Assembly: GCF_009914755.1 (NCBI RefSeq)
Contig: NC_060948.1
Length of the DNA stretch: 64,000 bases
Strand: one strand, 5' to 3'
From: the human T2T-CHM13v2.0 reference genome, Homo sapiens
Each line of letters opens with the position of its first letter. Position 1 is the first letter of the stretch. The translations under genes were made by a program, and so were the position numbers. The notes below the pieces were generated by a model, which was not told the DNA's origin, made no database searches, and worked only from the letters and a program-made list of their open reading frames with translations. Below, piece by piece: positions 36,249 through 48,827 of this stretch.

Positions 36249-38538
36249 GAAAACAGGTATATGACAAGGATGCCTACTCTCAAAATTCCTATTCAACATA
36301 GAATTGGAAGTTCTGGTCAGAGCAATCAGGCAAGAGAAAGAAGGGTATTCAAATAGGAAGACAGGAAGTTAAATTGTCTTTGTTTGCAGACAACATGATT
36401 TTGTATTTAGAAAACCCCATCATCTCAGCCTCCAAACTCCTTAGCTGATAAACAACTTCAGCAAAGTCTCAGGATACATAATCAATGTGCAAAAATCACA
36501 AGCATTCCTATACTCCAACAATAAACAGAGTCAAATCATGAGTGAACTCCCATTCACAACTGTTACAAAGACAATGAAATACTTTAGAATACAACTTACA
36601 AGGGAGGTGAAGGAACTCTTCAAGGAGAATTGCAAACCACTGCTTGAGGAAATAAGGGAGGACAAAAAAAAAATGAAAAAAAAAAATCCATGCTCACGGA
36701 TAAGAAGAATCAATATCACGAAAATGGCCACAGTTCTGAAAGTATTCATAGATTCAATGCTATCCCCATCAAACTACCACTGACTTTCTTTACTGAATTA
36801 GAAAAACCTACTTTAAGTTTCATATGGAACCAAAAAAGACCCCATATAGCCAAGACAGTCCTAAGCAAAAAGGACAAAGCTGGAGGCATCATGCTACCTG
36901 ACGTCAAACTATATTACAAGGCTACAGTAACTGAAACAGCATGGTACTGGTACCAAAACAGATATATAGACCAATGGAGCAGAACAGAGGCCTCAGAAAC
37001 AACACCACACAACCACAGCCATCTGATCTTCAACAAACCTTTGACAAAAACAAGTGATGGGGAAAGAATTCTCTATTTAATAAATGATGCTGGTAAAACT
37101 GGCTAGCCATATGCAGAAAACACAAACTGGACCCCTTCCTTGCACTTTATACAAAAATTAACCCAAGAGACTTAAACATAAAATGTAAAACCATAAAAAC
37201 TCTAGAAGAAAACCTAGACAATACCATTCATGAAACAGGCATGGGCAAAGACTTCATGACTGAAACACCAAAAGCAATGACAACAAAGGCCACATTGACC
37301 AATAGGATCTCCTTAAACTAAAGAGCTTCTGCACAGCAAAAGAAACTATTATCAGAGTTAAAGGCAGCCTCTGGAATTTGAGAAATTTTTTGCAATATAT
37401 TTATCTGACAAAAGTGTAATTTCCAGAACCTACAAGGAACTTAAACAAATTTACAAGAAAAAGTCAAAAACCCCCATCAAAAATGGATGAAAGATATGAA
37501 CAAACACTTCTCAATAGAAGACATTTATGTGGCCAACAAACATATGAAAAAAAGCTCATCATCACTGGTTATTACAGAAATGCAAATCAAAACCACGGTG
37601 AGATACCATCTCTCACCAGTTAGAATGGTGATCTTTAAAAAGTCAGGAAACAACAGATGCTGGAGAGGATTTGGAGAAATAGGAATGCTGTTACACTGTT
37701 GATGGGAGTGGAAATTATTTCAGCCATTGTGGAAGACAGTGTGGCAATTCCTCAAGGATCTAGAACCAGAAATACCATTTGACCCAGCAATCTCTTCACT
37801 GGTTGTATAACCAAATGATTATAAATCATTCTATTATAAAGACTTATGTGCATGTATGTTTATTGCAGCACTATTCACAATAGCAAAGACTTGGAACCAA
37901 CCCAAATGTCCATCAATGATAGACTGGTTAAAAAAAAAGTGACATATTTACACCATGGGGTGCTATGCAGCCATGAAAAAGAATAAGTTAATGTCCTTTG
38001 TAGGGACATGGATGAAGCTGGAAACCATTATTCTCAGCAAACTATCACAAGAACAGAAAACCAAACACCACATGTTCTCACTCATAAGTGGGAGATGAAC
38101 ATTGAGAACACAAGGACACAGGGAGAGGAACATCATATACGGGGGCCTGTCAGTGGTTGGGGGCAAGGGGAGGGAGAGCATTAGGACAAATATCTGATGC
38201 ATGTGGCGCTTAAAACCTAAATGACAGGTAGATAGTTGCAGCAAACCACCATGGCACATGCAACCCTATGTAACAAACCTGCAGATTCTGTACATGTATC
38301 CTAGAATTGAAAGAGTAATGAATAAAAAATAAATAATTCAGTTTTATAACAAAACAACAAAAGTCACTCTAGTGTCTGAAGTGTGTTATGATTAAATGCA
38401 ATTTTTTACATAACACATTTTAATTATGCCAATAAGAGAGGATTACCCAATTAGAAAATGTCATCAGCAGGACCATATTAACACCCATATGATGAATTTT
38501 TCCTCCTGTTTTAACTGTAGTGTGTAAGAATAAATGTA

Positions 38539-38610
38539 AATTTAAGTAGTACTCTACTTAATTTAAGTAGTACTCTACTTAATTTAAGTAGTACTCTACT
38601 TAAGTACTCT
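38539..38610. repeat. Tandem repeat, 3 perfect 21-bp units plus a partial unit
   Basis: AATTTAAGTAGTACTCTACTT at 38539, 38560 and 38581. Confidence 0.95.
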
Positions 38611-38786
38611 GATTACAAAGTAATAAGAGAACCGAGTTACATGCTGAAAATAACTTTGTTCCTCTACCAAGACAAAAGAAAATCTAGGGCAATGTATCAC
38701 ATTGCTATGACAATGTGTTTCTTCAGATTGTATATGTTTTCATAAAGGTAAATAGTAAAGGAGGTACAGTTGGTAAAGACAGAAAC

Positions 38787-39305
38787 CATATTAGTGTCTT
38801 CTGTGTGTCATACCATCTCAAAATTTAGAGGCATAATGCTATACCTGTATGTTTAAGTGCTGATCTTTTGGGCTGACATTTTGACTCAGATGAGTATTTT
38901 TTCTGAGATGACTTTGGCTGAGCTTGCTTCAAAGTCTGCCATTGGTTGATGAACAACTGAGGTACCTGGTTTATGATGACCTTGTCTGAGAAGGCAGGAA
39001 CACCTGGGGCCTCTCTGCATGTGGTTTTCTCATTCTCCAGCCTGTCCTCAAGGCTATAATTCTAGTGGTTCCAAGATCAGCAGGAGAGGACAAGCCCAGT
39101 GTGCAGATACCTTGCAAGTCTATGCTTGTTTCTACTTGCTCTAGAGCCCAAACAAGGCATCTGGCTAAGCCCAGCTGCAAGGGCAGGTCTAAAGACAATG
39201 CTTAAAGGAAATAGCCACAACAGCACATTGCAAAATAAAATAAATTAAATTAAATAAACACATATACAAGGGAGGGAAGTATCTGTGGCCAGTTTTACAA
39301 TCTAC
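38787..39305 (-). mobile_element. MLT1F/G/H-like MaLR LTR
   Basis: GGCCTCTCTGCATGTGGTTTTCTCATTCTCCAG, CAAGCCCAGTGTGCAGATACCTTGCAAGTCT, GGCCAGTTTTACAATCTAC. Confidence 0.65.
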
Positions 39306-39324
39306 TTTATAAAGGTGAAAGTCT

Positions 39325-40075
39325 TATCAAAAAGAGGTGAAGTTGACATAGCAATAAGGACTTCCAAAAACTCTCTTCTCTATGCAATCAGTAATAAAGT
39401 GATAGAGAAAGTTGCCAGAAATAACTTTTACAGAACTCTAGAAATTAGCCAAAGTCTTGTTGCAACCCTGGGGAAATTTATTCAAGGAAAACAGTGGGAT
39501 CTCAATAAGAAGAGTGTGACAGTTATCTTTTGAGCTTACCCCAGTGCTAGCCTGCATTCTCCTGCTGAATGGTGGCTGCAAAAGCTACAGGCCACAGGTT
39601 CTCTACCAGGCAGCAGAGGGAGCAGCGTGTGGCTGGAGCTCTAGGAAATCTTCGTTCCTAATGTTTGTGTATTTATCTGTGTTTGACCTGATATGGAGTT
39701 GCCTAGTACAAAGAAATATTTTCTCAAAGGGAATGAAGCCCTGATACTTACAGTATATGGATGAACATGGAAAACAACACTCAGTAAAAGAAGCTTGATA
39801 TGAGGAAACACAACATCTAGGATCCATTTATCTGAAATGTCCAGAACAGGCAAACCCACAGAAACAGAAAGGAGAGATAGCTGTTGTCAGGGGCTAAAGG
39901 AAGGAAGGAAAAGGAGCGACCTCTCGTGGGTAAAGGGTTTCTTTTTCCAGGGATGAAAATATTCTGAAATTAGGTGTTGGTGCTGGTTGCACAATTTTGT
40001 GATAGAAAACCACTGAATTGTCCAGGTTAAGATGATAAATATTATGGGATGGGAATTCTATCTCATTGTTTAAAA
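39325..40075 (+). mobile_element. Ancient L1M fragments (5'-region-like 39325-39600; L1MB/ME-like 3' end 39720-40075)
   Basis: AACTTTTACAGAACTCTAGAAATTAGCCAAAG; ATCCATTTATCTGAAATGTCCAGAACAGGCAAACCCACAGAAACAGAAAG; GATGAAAATATTCTGAAATTAG. Confidence 0.6.
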
Positions 40076-40121
40076 AATGAAATCCACTATTTCAATAAAT
40101 TTTTGAAGAAAATATAAAGAA

Positions 40122-40700
40122 GGCTGGGCATGGTGGCTCATACCTGTAATCCTAACACTTAGGAGGCTGAGGCAGGCAGAATTCTTGAGCCTAGAAGTTC
40201 AAGACCAGCCTAGGCAATATGGAGAAACACTGTCTCTATAACAAAAAAAAAAAAAAGAAAAAGAAAAAGAAAAAGAAAAATTATGCCGGGCACATGGGTC
40301 TTACCTCTAATCCAATCATTTTGGGAGGCCGGAGCATGTGGATTACATGAGGTCAGGAGTTCAAGATCAGCCTGGTTAATGTGGCACAAAAATACAAAAA
40401 TATGGCAGGCGCCTCTAATTCCAACTACTCAGGAAGTGGAGGTTGCAGTGAGCCAAGATGGTGCCACTGTACTCCAGCCTGGGTGACAGAGCAAGACTTC
40501 ATCTCAAAAAAAAAGAAAAAAAAAAGGAAAAGAAAAATTTGGCAGTTGTGATGACATGTACCTATAGTTCCAACTACTCAGGAGGCTGAAGAAGGAGGAT
40601 CACTTGATCCTGGAAGGTTGACCCTGCAGGAAGCTGAGATTGTGACCCTGCACTCCAACCCCGGGCAACAAAATGAGACCCTGTCTCTAAAAAAGAAAAT
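40122..40700 (+). mobile_element. AluJ with an internally deleted AluS nested in its middle A-rich linker (~40283-40527)
   Basis: Left arm 40122-40280, second Alu, then right arm 40540-40700. TSD AAAAGAAAAATT at 40271-40282 and 40528-40539. Confidence 0.85.
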
Positions 40701-41282
40701 TAATTAATTTTAGAAAGTAAATTTCTTTAGCTATCAGTTCTTCAAAATGGACTGTCTAGAGTGACATTATTGCAAAATTGTCCAACTTCTATGCTATCTT
40801 TAGGTTGGATTCCTGGGGTATTGACAGCACTTTCTTTAGTTTGCCCTGTTGGATGAGTTCCCATGTCTATATTCCAGTTACCCTTCCTGCTTTGAATGCT
40901 CCATTCTCTATCTGTCTAGACACATTCCCAAAATTATGCACCACAATTTATCTTAGAGGTCTCAGCTCCATCATCTCCTCTCTATAAAACTTGTTTCCAC
41001 CTTGGAACTCATTATTGCTGCTGTTCTATCTTTTGCAACAGATGATTTCAACTAGATTTGTTTTAGACTGCCAACTCATTTAGAAAGGGACCAATTTCTA
41101 TTCATTTTTGTATCCAAAGTGCATAGCATAGTGCCTGGCACCTTAGCAGGAATCTTTAGTCTTCTCTGGGTACAGTGAAGGTTTTGTCCCCACGACCTCT
41201 GCAGCATTCAGTTCAGACCAGCACTCACTGTTCATTTTTCCTTCTTTGCCGAGATTGTAAAAGTAAGTTAAAATTGTAGTTG

Positions 41283-41970
41283 TCTGTCCCAAAGGATTTG
41301 AAAACTTATTTCCACAAAAAAACCTCACCATGTACATTTATAGCAATCTTATTCACAATTGATAATGCTTGGAAGCAACAAAGATGTCCTTCAGTAGATG
41401 AATGGATAAACAAACTAGTACCTCCAGACAAATGAGTATTATTCAGCACCAAAAAGAAATAAACCATCAGGCTATGAGAAGGCATGGAGGAAACATAAAT
41501 GCATATCGCCAAGTGAAAAAAGCCTATCTGAAAAGGCTCATACTGTAGCATTTAACTATAGGACATTCTGGAAAAGGGAAGACTATGAGAACAGTAAAAA
41601 AACATCAGTGGGTGCCAGGGGGAAGAAGGAGGGATGAATAGGTGGAGCACAGAAGATTTTTAGGGTGAAACACAATGAACCTACCCTGTGTCACATTATA
41701 TAATGGTGGGTCCATGCCATTATACATTTGTCCAAACCCATAGAATGTACAACACCCAGAGTGAACCCTAATGTAGACGGTGGTAATGATGATGTGTCAA
41801 TGTAGGTTCATCAGTTGTAACAAATGCACTGCTCTGATACATGAAGTTGATAATGGGGGAGACTGTGCATGAGTTGGGGAAGGGATATAGAGGAAATGTC
41901 TATACTTTTCACACAGTTTCTCTATGAATGTAAAATTGATCTAAAATACACACATAAAAATAAGGTTTTA
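41283..41970 (+). mobile_element. L1MC1-like 3' fragment
   Basis: TTGGAAGCAACAAAGATGTCCTTCAGTAGATGAATGGATAAACAAACT; CATTATACATTTGTCCAAACCCATAGAATGTACAACACCCAGAGTGAACCCTAATGTA. Confidence 0.8.
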
Positions 41971-42303
41971 ACTCATAATACACATACACACCAAGTGGCG
42001 ACACTTGAGCTGTAAGCTGGCCACCTAGGTGGACTCGTTCAGCTTTTCCTGGGTTCTATGACGTAGAGTATATTCTTCTATCCAGAATGTGCTTTCTGTA
42101 TCTGACTTGAACCTAAACCCAGACGGAAAGCCACCCCAAGTCCAGTGGGCCTGTTTTACTTTGCTCATGTGAACAATGCTCTACTATGGGGTCCACCATT
42201 TAAGCAATATGAGCGATGCTCCCAGGACTTGTGTACTATAGCCATCCCCTTCTCCAAACGATTCCTTTGCTTGGAATTTCTTCCCAACTCTATCCTATCC
42301 AGC

Positions 42304-44616
42304 TGATATGGATTGGCTGTGTCACCACTCAAATCTCATCTTGAATTGCAACTCCCAGGAGTCCCACATGCCCTGGGAGGAACCTGGCAGGGGGTGATTG
42401 AATAATGGCGACAGATCTTTCCCATGCTGTTCCCATGATAGTGAATAAGTCTCATGAGATCTGATGGTTTTAAAAATGGGAGTTTCCCTCCACAAGCTGT
42501 CTTTTTATGCCTGCCACCGTCCATGTAAGATGTGACTTTCTCTTCCTTGCCTTTCATCTTCCCCCATGGTTGTGAGGTCCCCCCAGCCACATGGAACTGT
42601 AAGTCCAATAAACCTCTTTCACTTGTAAATTGCCCAGTCTTGGGTATGTCTTTATCAACAACATTAAAACAAACTAATACAATAAATTGGTGCCAGTAAG
42701 GTAGGTGCTGCTGAAAAGATATCCAAAAATTTGAAAGTGACTCTGGAACTGGGCTACAGGCAGAGATTGGAACAGTTTGGAAGGCTCAAAAGAAGACAGG
42801 AAAATGTGGGAGAGTGTGGAACTCCCTAAAGAGTTGTTGAATGGCTTTGACCAAAATGCTGATAATGATATGGACAATGAAATCCAAGCTGAGGGGGTCC
42901 CAAATGCAGATGAGGGACTTGTTGTGAACTTGAGCAAAGTTGACCCTTGTGATGTTTTAGCAAAAGACTGGCAGCATTTTGTCCCTGCCCCAGAGATTTG
43001 AGGAACTTAGAACTTGAGAGAGATGATTTAGGATATCTGGCAAGGGAAACTTCTAAGAAGCAAAGCATTCGAGAGCTGACTTGGGTGCTGTTAAAGGCAT
43101 TCAGTTTTATAAAGGAAGTAGAGCATAAAAGCTCCTAAAATTTGCAACCTGACAATATAATAGAAAAGAAAATCCCATTTTCTGAGGAGAAATTCAAGCC
43201 AGCTGCAGAAATTTTCATAGCTAAAGAAGACTTGAAAGTTCATCCTCAAGAAAATGGGAAAAGTATCTCCAGGGCATGTCGGAGGTCTTCATGTCAGCCA
43301 CTCCCATGTCAGGCCCAAAGGCCTAGGAGGAAGTAGTGGATCTGTGGGCTGAGCCCACACCCCCCATGCTGTGTGCAGCCTTGGGACTTAGAGCCCTGTG
43401 TCCCAACTGCTCCAGTCATGCCTGAAAGGGGACAACATAGAGCTCCTTCCATAGCTTCAGAGGGTGGAAGCCCCAAGCCTTAGCAGCTTCCACATGGCAT
43501 TGAGTTTGTGAGTGAACAGAAGTCAAGAACTGAGGTTTGGGAATCTCTGCCTAGATTTCAGAAGATGTATGGAAACACCAGGATGCTCAGGCAGAAGTTT
43601 TCTGTAGGACTGGGACCCTCATGGGGAATATCTGCTAGGGGAGTGGAGAAGGCAAAAGTGGGGTCAGAGACTTCACACAGAGTCTCTCCTGGGGCACTGC
43701 CTACTGGAGCTGTGAGAAGAGGGTCACTGTCTTCCAGACCTCAGAGTGGTAGATCTACTGACACCTTGCACCGTGTTCCTGGAAAAGCCACAGACACTCA
43801 GTGCTAGTCTGTGAAAGCAGCCAGGAGAGTGGCTGTACCCTGTAAAGCCACAGGGGCAGAGCTTCTCAAGACTATGGGAACCTACCTCTTGCATCAGCAG
43901 GACCTGGATGTGAGACATGGAGTCAAGGAAGATCATTTTGGAGCTTTAAGATTTGCCCTGCTAGATTTCAGACTTGTGTGGGGTCTATAGCTTCTTTGTT
44001 TGACCAATTTCTCCCATTTGGAATGGCTGTGTTTACCCAATACCTGTATCACCATTGCATCTAGGAAGTGGCTAACTTGCTTTTGATTTTACAGGCTCAT
44101 AGGGGGAATGGACTGGCCTTGTCTCAGATCAGACTTTGGACTGTGGACATTTGAGTTAATATTGAAATGAGTTGAGAATTTAGGGGACTGTTGGGAGGGC
44201 ATGATTGGCTTTGAAATGTCAGGACATGAGATTTGGAGGTGTCAGGGGTGGAATAATATGCCTTGGCTCTCTCCCCTCTCAAAATTCATCTTGAATTTCA
44301 ATTCTTACCGTTCCTATGAGTCATGAAAGGAACCTGGTGGGAGGTAATTGAATCATGGAGTCAGATCCTTCTCATACTATTCTCGTGATAATAAATAAAT
44401 CTCATGATATTTGTTGGTTTTAAAAATGGGAGTTTCCATGCACAAACACACTCTCTTTGCCTGCTGGCAACAGTATAAGATGTGACTTGCTCCTCCTTGC
44501 CTTCTGCCATGATTGTGAGGCCTTCTCAGCCATGTGGAAGTGTAAGTCCATTAAACCTCTTTTTTTCTCCAGTCTTGGATATATATTTATTAGCAGCATG
44601 AAAACAGAGTAATATA
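42304..44616 (+). mobile_element. THE1D-like MaLR element: LTR-internal-LTR with TSD
   Basis: LTRs at 42304-42681 and 44254-44616. Perfect 5-bp TSD CCAGC (42299-42303, 44617-44621). Degenerate internal MaLR ORF (EGSKEDRKMWESVELP...). Confidence 0.93.
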
Positions 44617-46276
44617 CCAGCTTATCCCAGCTCTAACTGACAACCTCAAATATAGAGATTTCTGGTCACTCTTCTTTGGGGGCTTCTTCTCAACCAGGCT
44701 CTGAATAATTAACTTCATTCTTAAACTTTCAACACAAACTTTACTTATCTCCTCTGGTTTGGCTGATAGTTTAAACTCATCTGAGACCTTTCCCCACTGC
44801 TCATAGTTTTACTTGGCCCTTTGAATGGAAATTAATCTCCTGTATTCATTCTTACTAGCTCCAGTAACTCTGTTTGCCCCCATTTCTACATGGGTATTTA
44901 TCAGAAACTCCTTATGTCTTTTAACTAAGATGCAATTACTTCTGCAAAACAATCTAGATAACATTATTCAAAAATTGAGTTGCCAACCTGATCTTTCAAA
45001 GAAGCATGCATTTTGAACTCTCTCTTTTCTGAGGTACAGATCACTCCAGACACCGTTACTGAGCTCGGCTACCATTCTGAATTACCTGAATAAAAATGAC
45101 TACCTTTTAAGAAGTTATTCCATAAGAATCATCATGGTCTAAATGTATCTATCCAATATATTTGTATAATTTTTCATTGACCTAAAAATGTCACTTTATA
45201 AGTGACTATTTTCATGTCATGAACATTTGTATGCACTTCTCTTTTTAGAGGTCAATGTCTTATCTTTCTTTAGGCTATTCTGAAATAAACAAAATAGCTC
45301 ATGGAATTTCCTATGTTAGAAGATTGCAAGATTTCCACATGTTCTAGACTTCAAGTGATACACTGGTATATTTGGAAAGGTATATTTCTAGTAACAAAAA
45401 AGAAATGAAAATGCAGACATACCTAGTTCTGGGAATAAAAATACTGGATCCACAAGGGAAAATGTAATTTTTTTCTTGGAGATAGTACAGGCTTAGAATA
45501 ACTTTAATCCATGTTAGAGGATAAGCATAGGAACAGAGTCTTGGCCTAACTAAAATTATTTATCCCAAAAAATATATAACATAGTTTTCAATTATTCAAG
45601 ACATCACATACTTGGTGGTTTGTCAATGATAAATAAACTTTAGCTATATAATTAAATCCTTAAAAAGGACAAAATAATTTGTGTGTGTTTGCTCTTATTC
45701 CTCATTCAAGTTGATTATTTCCTTGTTATCTGAACAGTTTGACATTTTGCCAACAGTTTTCCCAAGCTTGATGTCTGAAGAAGGTATAGATATTCAAGGT
45801 GAAGTACAGAATAAATGTGAGCTAATTTATTGATGCTGGCATCAGGAATTAAATAACTAGTTGTTACTGACTTACTAGACTGCTAGACATGCCACAGAGG
45901 ATCTCAACTCTATATAATTCTTAAATGAAAGAATGACGATTTTGGGGACTCAAAATGCAGTCAAATTTCTTAGTCACATTATTTACTTATGTAAGCATTT
46001 ACACAAATTAGTATTTAGTTTTAAAACTATTTTTGAATATATAGAGTTTGATGGATCTCTTTCAGAACCAACTTTTACTTTCATGGGTTTATTTTTATTC
46101 TGTTGTTATTTCTTCATTTGAACACAGTTTATTGGTGGCCTTTTTAGTCTTCACCTCTTTAATGATAGTGCTTTCTTCTGTTCAATCCCATGAGCAAGAT
46201 GACCACCAGCATCAGCCTTCAGAGGAGCCTGTGGACTCTGGCTGAGGTCCCACAGGATTTGGCTTGGAAATGACCA

Positions 46277-47485
46277 TGTATCAGTCAGCTGTTTCCATAA
46301 TAATGCTACATAACAAGCTAGCCTCTAATGCAGTGTATACAAACACACATTTATTCTCATGCTCATTTTTCTGAGGGTTATCTGTTGTGGTTTTACTCCA
46401 CGTGTTATATTTAGAGCCAAACTTGGAGGCACAGGACAGAGCACCCAGAGGGAAGCAAACTGCTTTGCAGAAGTAACACAAGCGGTCTTTCAGATTTAAG
46501 CCTGTAAGTGTCATTTCTGTCTACATTTGTTTTGTCAGACCATGCAGCAGTGTCTGGAGTTTGAGGGAGATTATACTAGTTTTTTATTGCTGTGTAATAA
46601 ATTACCACAAACATAGTAGTCTAAAACCATACAATTTATTATCTCAGCTCCATAGGCCAGAAATGCAAGACAGCTAAGATGGTATCTCAGCTCCAAGTCT
46701 TACCAGAATGAAATTTATGAATCATCTGTGACTTCTGATCTCACCTGGAGCTGGAGGTTCTCTGCCAAGATCAATAATTATTCGTAGAATTATTTTTCTT
46801 CTCACACTACTCACATGGTTTCCTCCATCTTTTTTTTACTTAAGAAAGGATCTCACTCTGTCACCCAGACTGAAGTGCAGTGGTATGATCATGGCTCACT
46901 GCAGCCTTGACCTCCCTGTGCTCAGGTGATCCTCCCATTTCAACCTCTCGAGTAGCTAGGACTACAGGTGTCCACCACCATGCCAGGCCAATGCATTATT
47001 TTTTCGCATTTTTTGTAGAAATGTTTTTTTTTTCCATCTTGCCCAGGCTGATCTTAGACTCCTGGGATCAAAAAATCCTCAGCCCCTCAAAGTAGCCACC
47101 ACAACAGACCAGGGTCTTCGATCTCTAAAACAGCAATGGCAGGTCAAATACTTCCCACACTTCAAATCTCTCTGATGTTATCCTCTTTCTTTTTTTACTT
47201 CTAAGAGCTCATGTTATTACACTGAATCCATCAGGTAATTCAGGATAATCTCCAATTGAGTAGGAATCTTCTTAAGTGAGCTTGAATAATCTTATTCAGT
47301 GAGAAGATAAGTTCAACTCATTTAGCTGAAGTTATTCCACTTATTATAACTGGGAAGATACATTCAACTGATTACTGACTTTAATTACATCTGCAGAGTC
47401 CCTTTTACTAGGTAACCTACTTGTATCCACAGGCACATCACCAGGAAGTAAAACAGTCATGATGGTGAAAATTCTACCTACCCCT
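46277..47485 (-). mobile_element. MLT1-family LTR relics (two pieces) interrupted by an AluJ
   Basis: TGTATCAGTCAGCTG...; TGCTGTGTAATAAATTACCACAAACATAGTAG...ATTTATTATCTCAG; CTTTAATTACATCTGCA. Confidence 0.6.
46829..47111 (-). mobile_element. AluJ
   Basis: GATCATGGCTCACTGCAGCCTTGACCTCCC...GATCCTCCC. Confidence 0.85.
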
Positions 47486-47632
47486 GAAACAGAAGAAAAT
47501 ATTTGCTGAACAATCTCCTAGCACTACTTTGACCTAAAACACCACCATGACCCCATCAGTGTTCTTTTTCCACGTTAGCAACTTTGGGAAATGAGGCTAT
47601 TTCAACTTTTTAAAATATCTTATTGGTTACCA

Positions 47633-47858
47633 CCCTGGGAAACGTGTGAGACCATGTCTCTACAAAAATATTCAAAAGTTAGCTGGTGTGATGGCACATG
47701 CCTATATTCCTAGCTACTCAGGAGGCTTAGGTGGGAGGATGACTTAAGCATAGGAGTTTGAGGCTTCAGTTACCTATGATCACACAACTACACTGTGTCT
47801 TGGGTGACAGAGAGAGACTCTGTCTCTAAAAAATAAAATAAAATATACAAAATAAAAT
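47633..47858 (+). mobile_element. AluJ, 5'-truncated
   Basis: CCTAGCTACTCAGGAGGCTTAGGTGGGAGGATGACTT...GGAGTTTGAGGCTTCAGT plus A-rich tail. Confidence 0.8.
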
Positions 47859-48544
47859 ATTTCACTGGCTAGAATGTAGTCACATGACCAAGCCATAGAG
47901 AAGTCTGGGAAATGTAGTCTTTAGCCGACTAGCTACATGCTCAGATAAAAAAAAATTATAATTGTGAAAGACATGCAGAATAAATCTTGGCTTAACACTG
48001 CAAGTAGTAAAGTCTGCTGGTGTTAATCTAATATCTGTTGTAATGACTTACTTACATTCTAGTATGTCACCAGCCTTGTTTGCATTAGATCATTTTATTC
48101 TTATACTATATCCTTGAGGGAGTGACAGTTTTCTCAATTAACAACTGAGAAAAACCTGTGACATTTGAGGGTATCAGTGCTGAGTGGGTGGGTAAAGTAG
48201 GGAAGAAATTCCAGGCAGAAGGTGGAAGGGGAAACGAGGAAGACAGGGTAAAATATTATTCTACAGTTCAGCAATTGTTCCTTTAATGTTCTTGGGCCTA
48301 TGTCTGTGCATGTATCTGAATTTGTGTGTGTTTATGTGTCAGTGTATGTGAGTATGCTTTTGTATGTATTAATTATGAGGGCTGAAAATGAGAGCTATGG
48401 TTCAAGAGGATAGCAATGTAAGGTTTTAAGAAGGGGCTAAAATGTTTCTCAGAAATTAAACTTTGGAGCTGTTTCTTTGTTGCACCTTTGGTGCCTACAG
48501 AACCTATATGAAACACCTGGGTGAAAGGTGGTATACATAAAAGT

Positions 48545-48827
48545 GATGGTGGCTCACCCCTGTAATCAGAGCACTTTTGGAGGTCAAGGTGGAAGGATTG
48601 CTTGAGCCCAGGAGTCTGAGATCTGCAACCCAGTAAGACCTTGTCTTTACAAAAAAACAAAACAAATTATGCAGCTGGGCATAATTGTGCATGTCTTTAA
48701 TTCCAACTACTTGGGAGGCTGAGAAGGAAGGATCAATTGAGCCTATGAATTTGAGGCTTCAGTGAGCCATCATGATGTGACTGCACTCCAGCTTGGGCAA
48801 CAAAGTGAAACCCTGTCTCAGAAAAAA
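48545..48827 (+). mobile_element. AluJ
   Basis: GGTGGCTCACCCCTGTAATC...GGATTGCTTGAGCCCAGGAG; both arms present. Confidence 0.85.

Noticed and set aside
38539-38610. Palindromic repeat array as CRISPR
   Set aside because: There are no spacers and no cas genes, and the context is primate genomic DNA.
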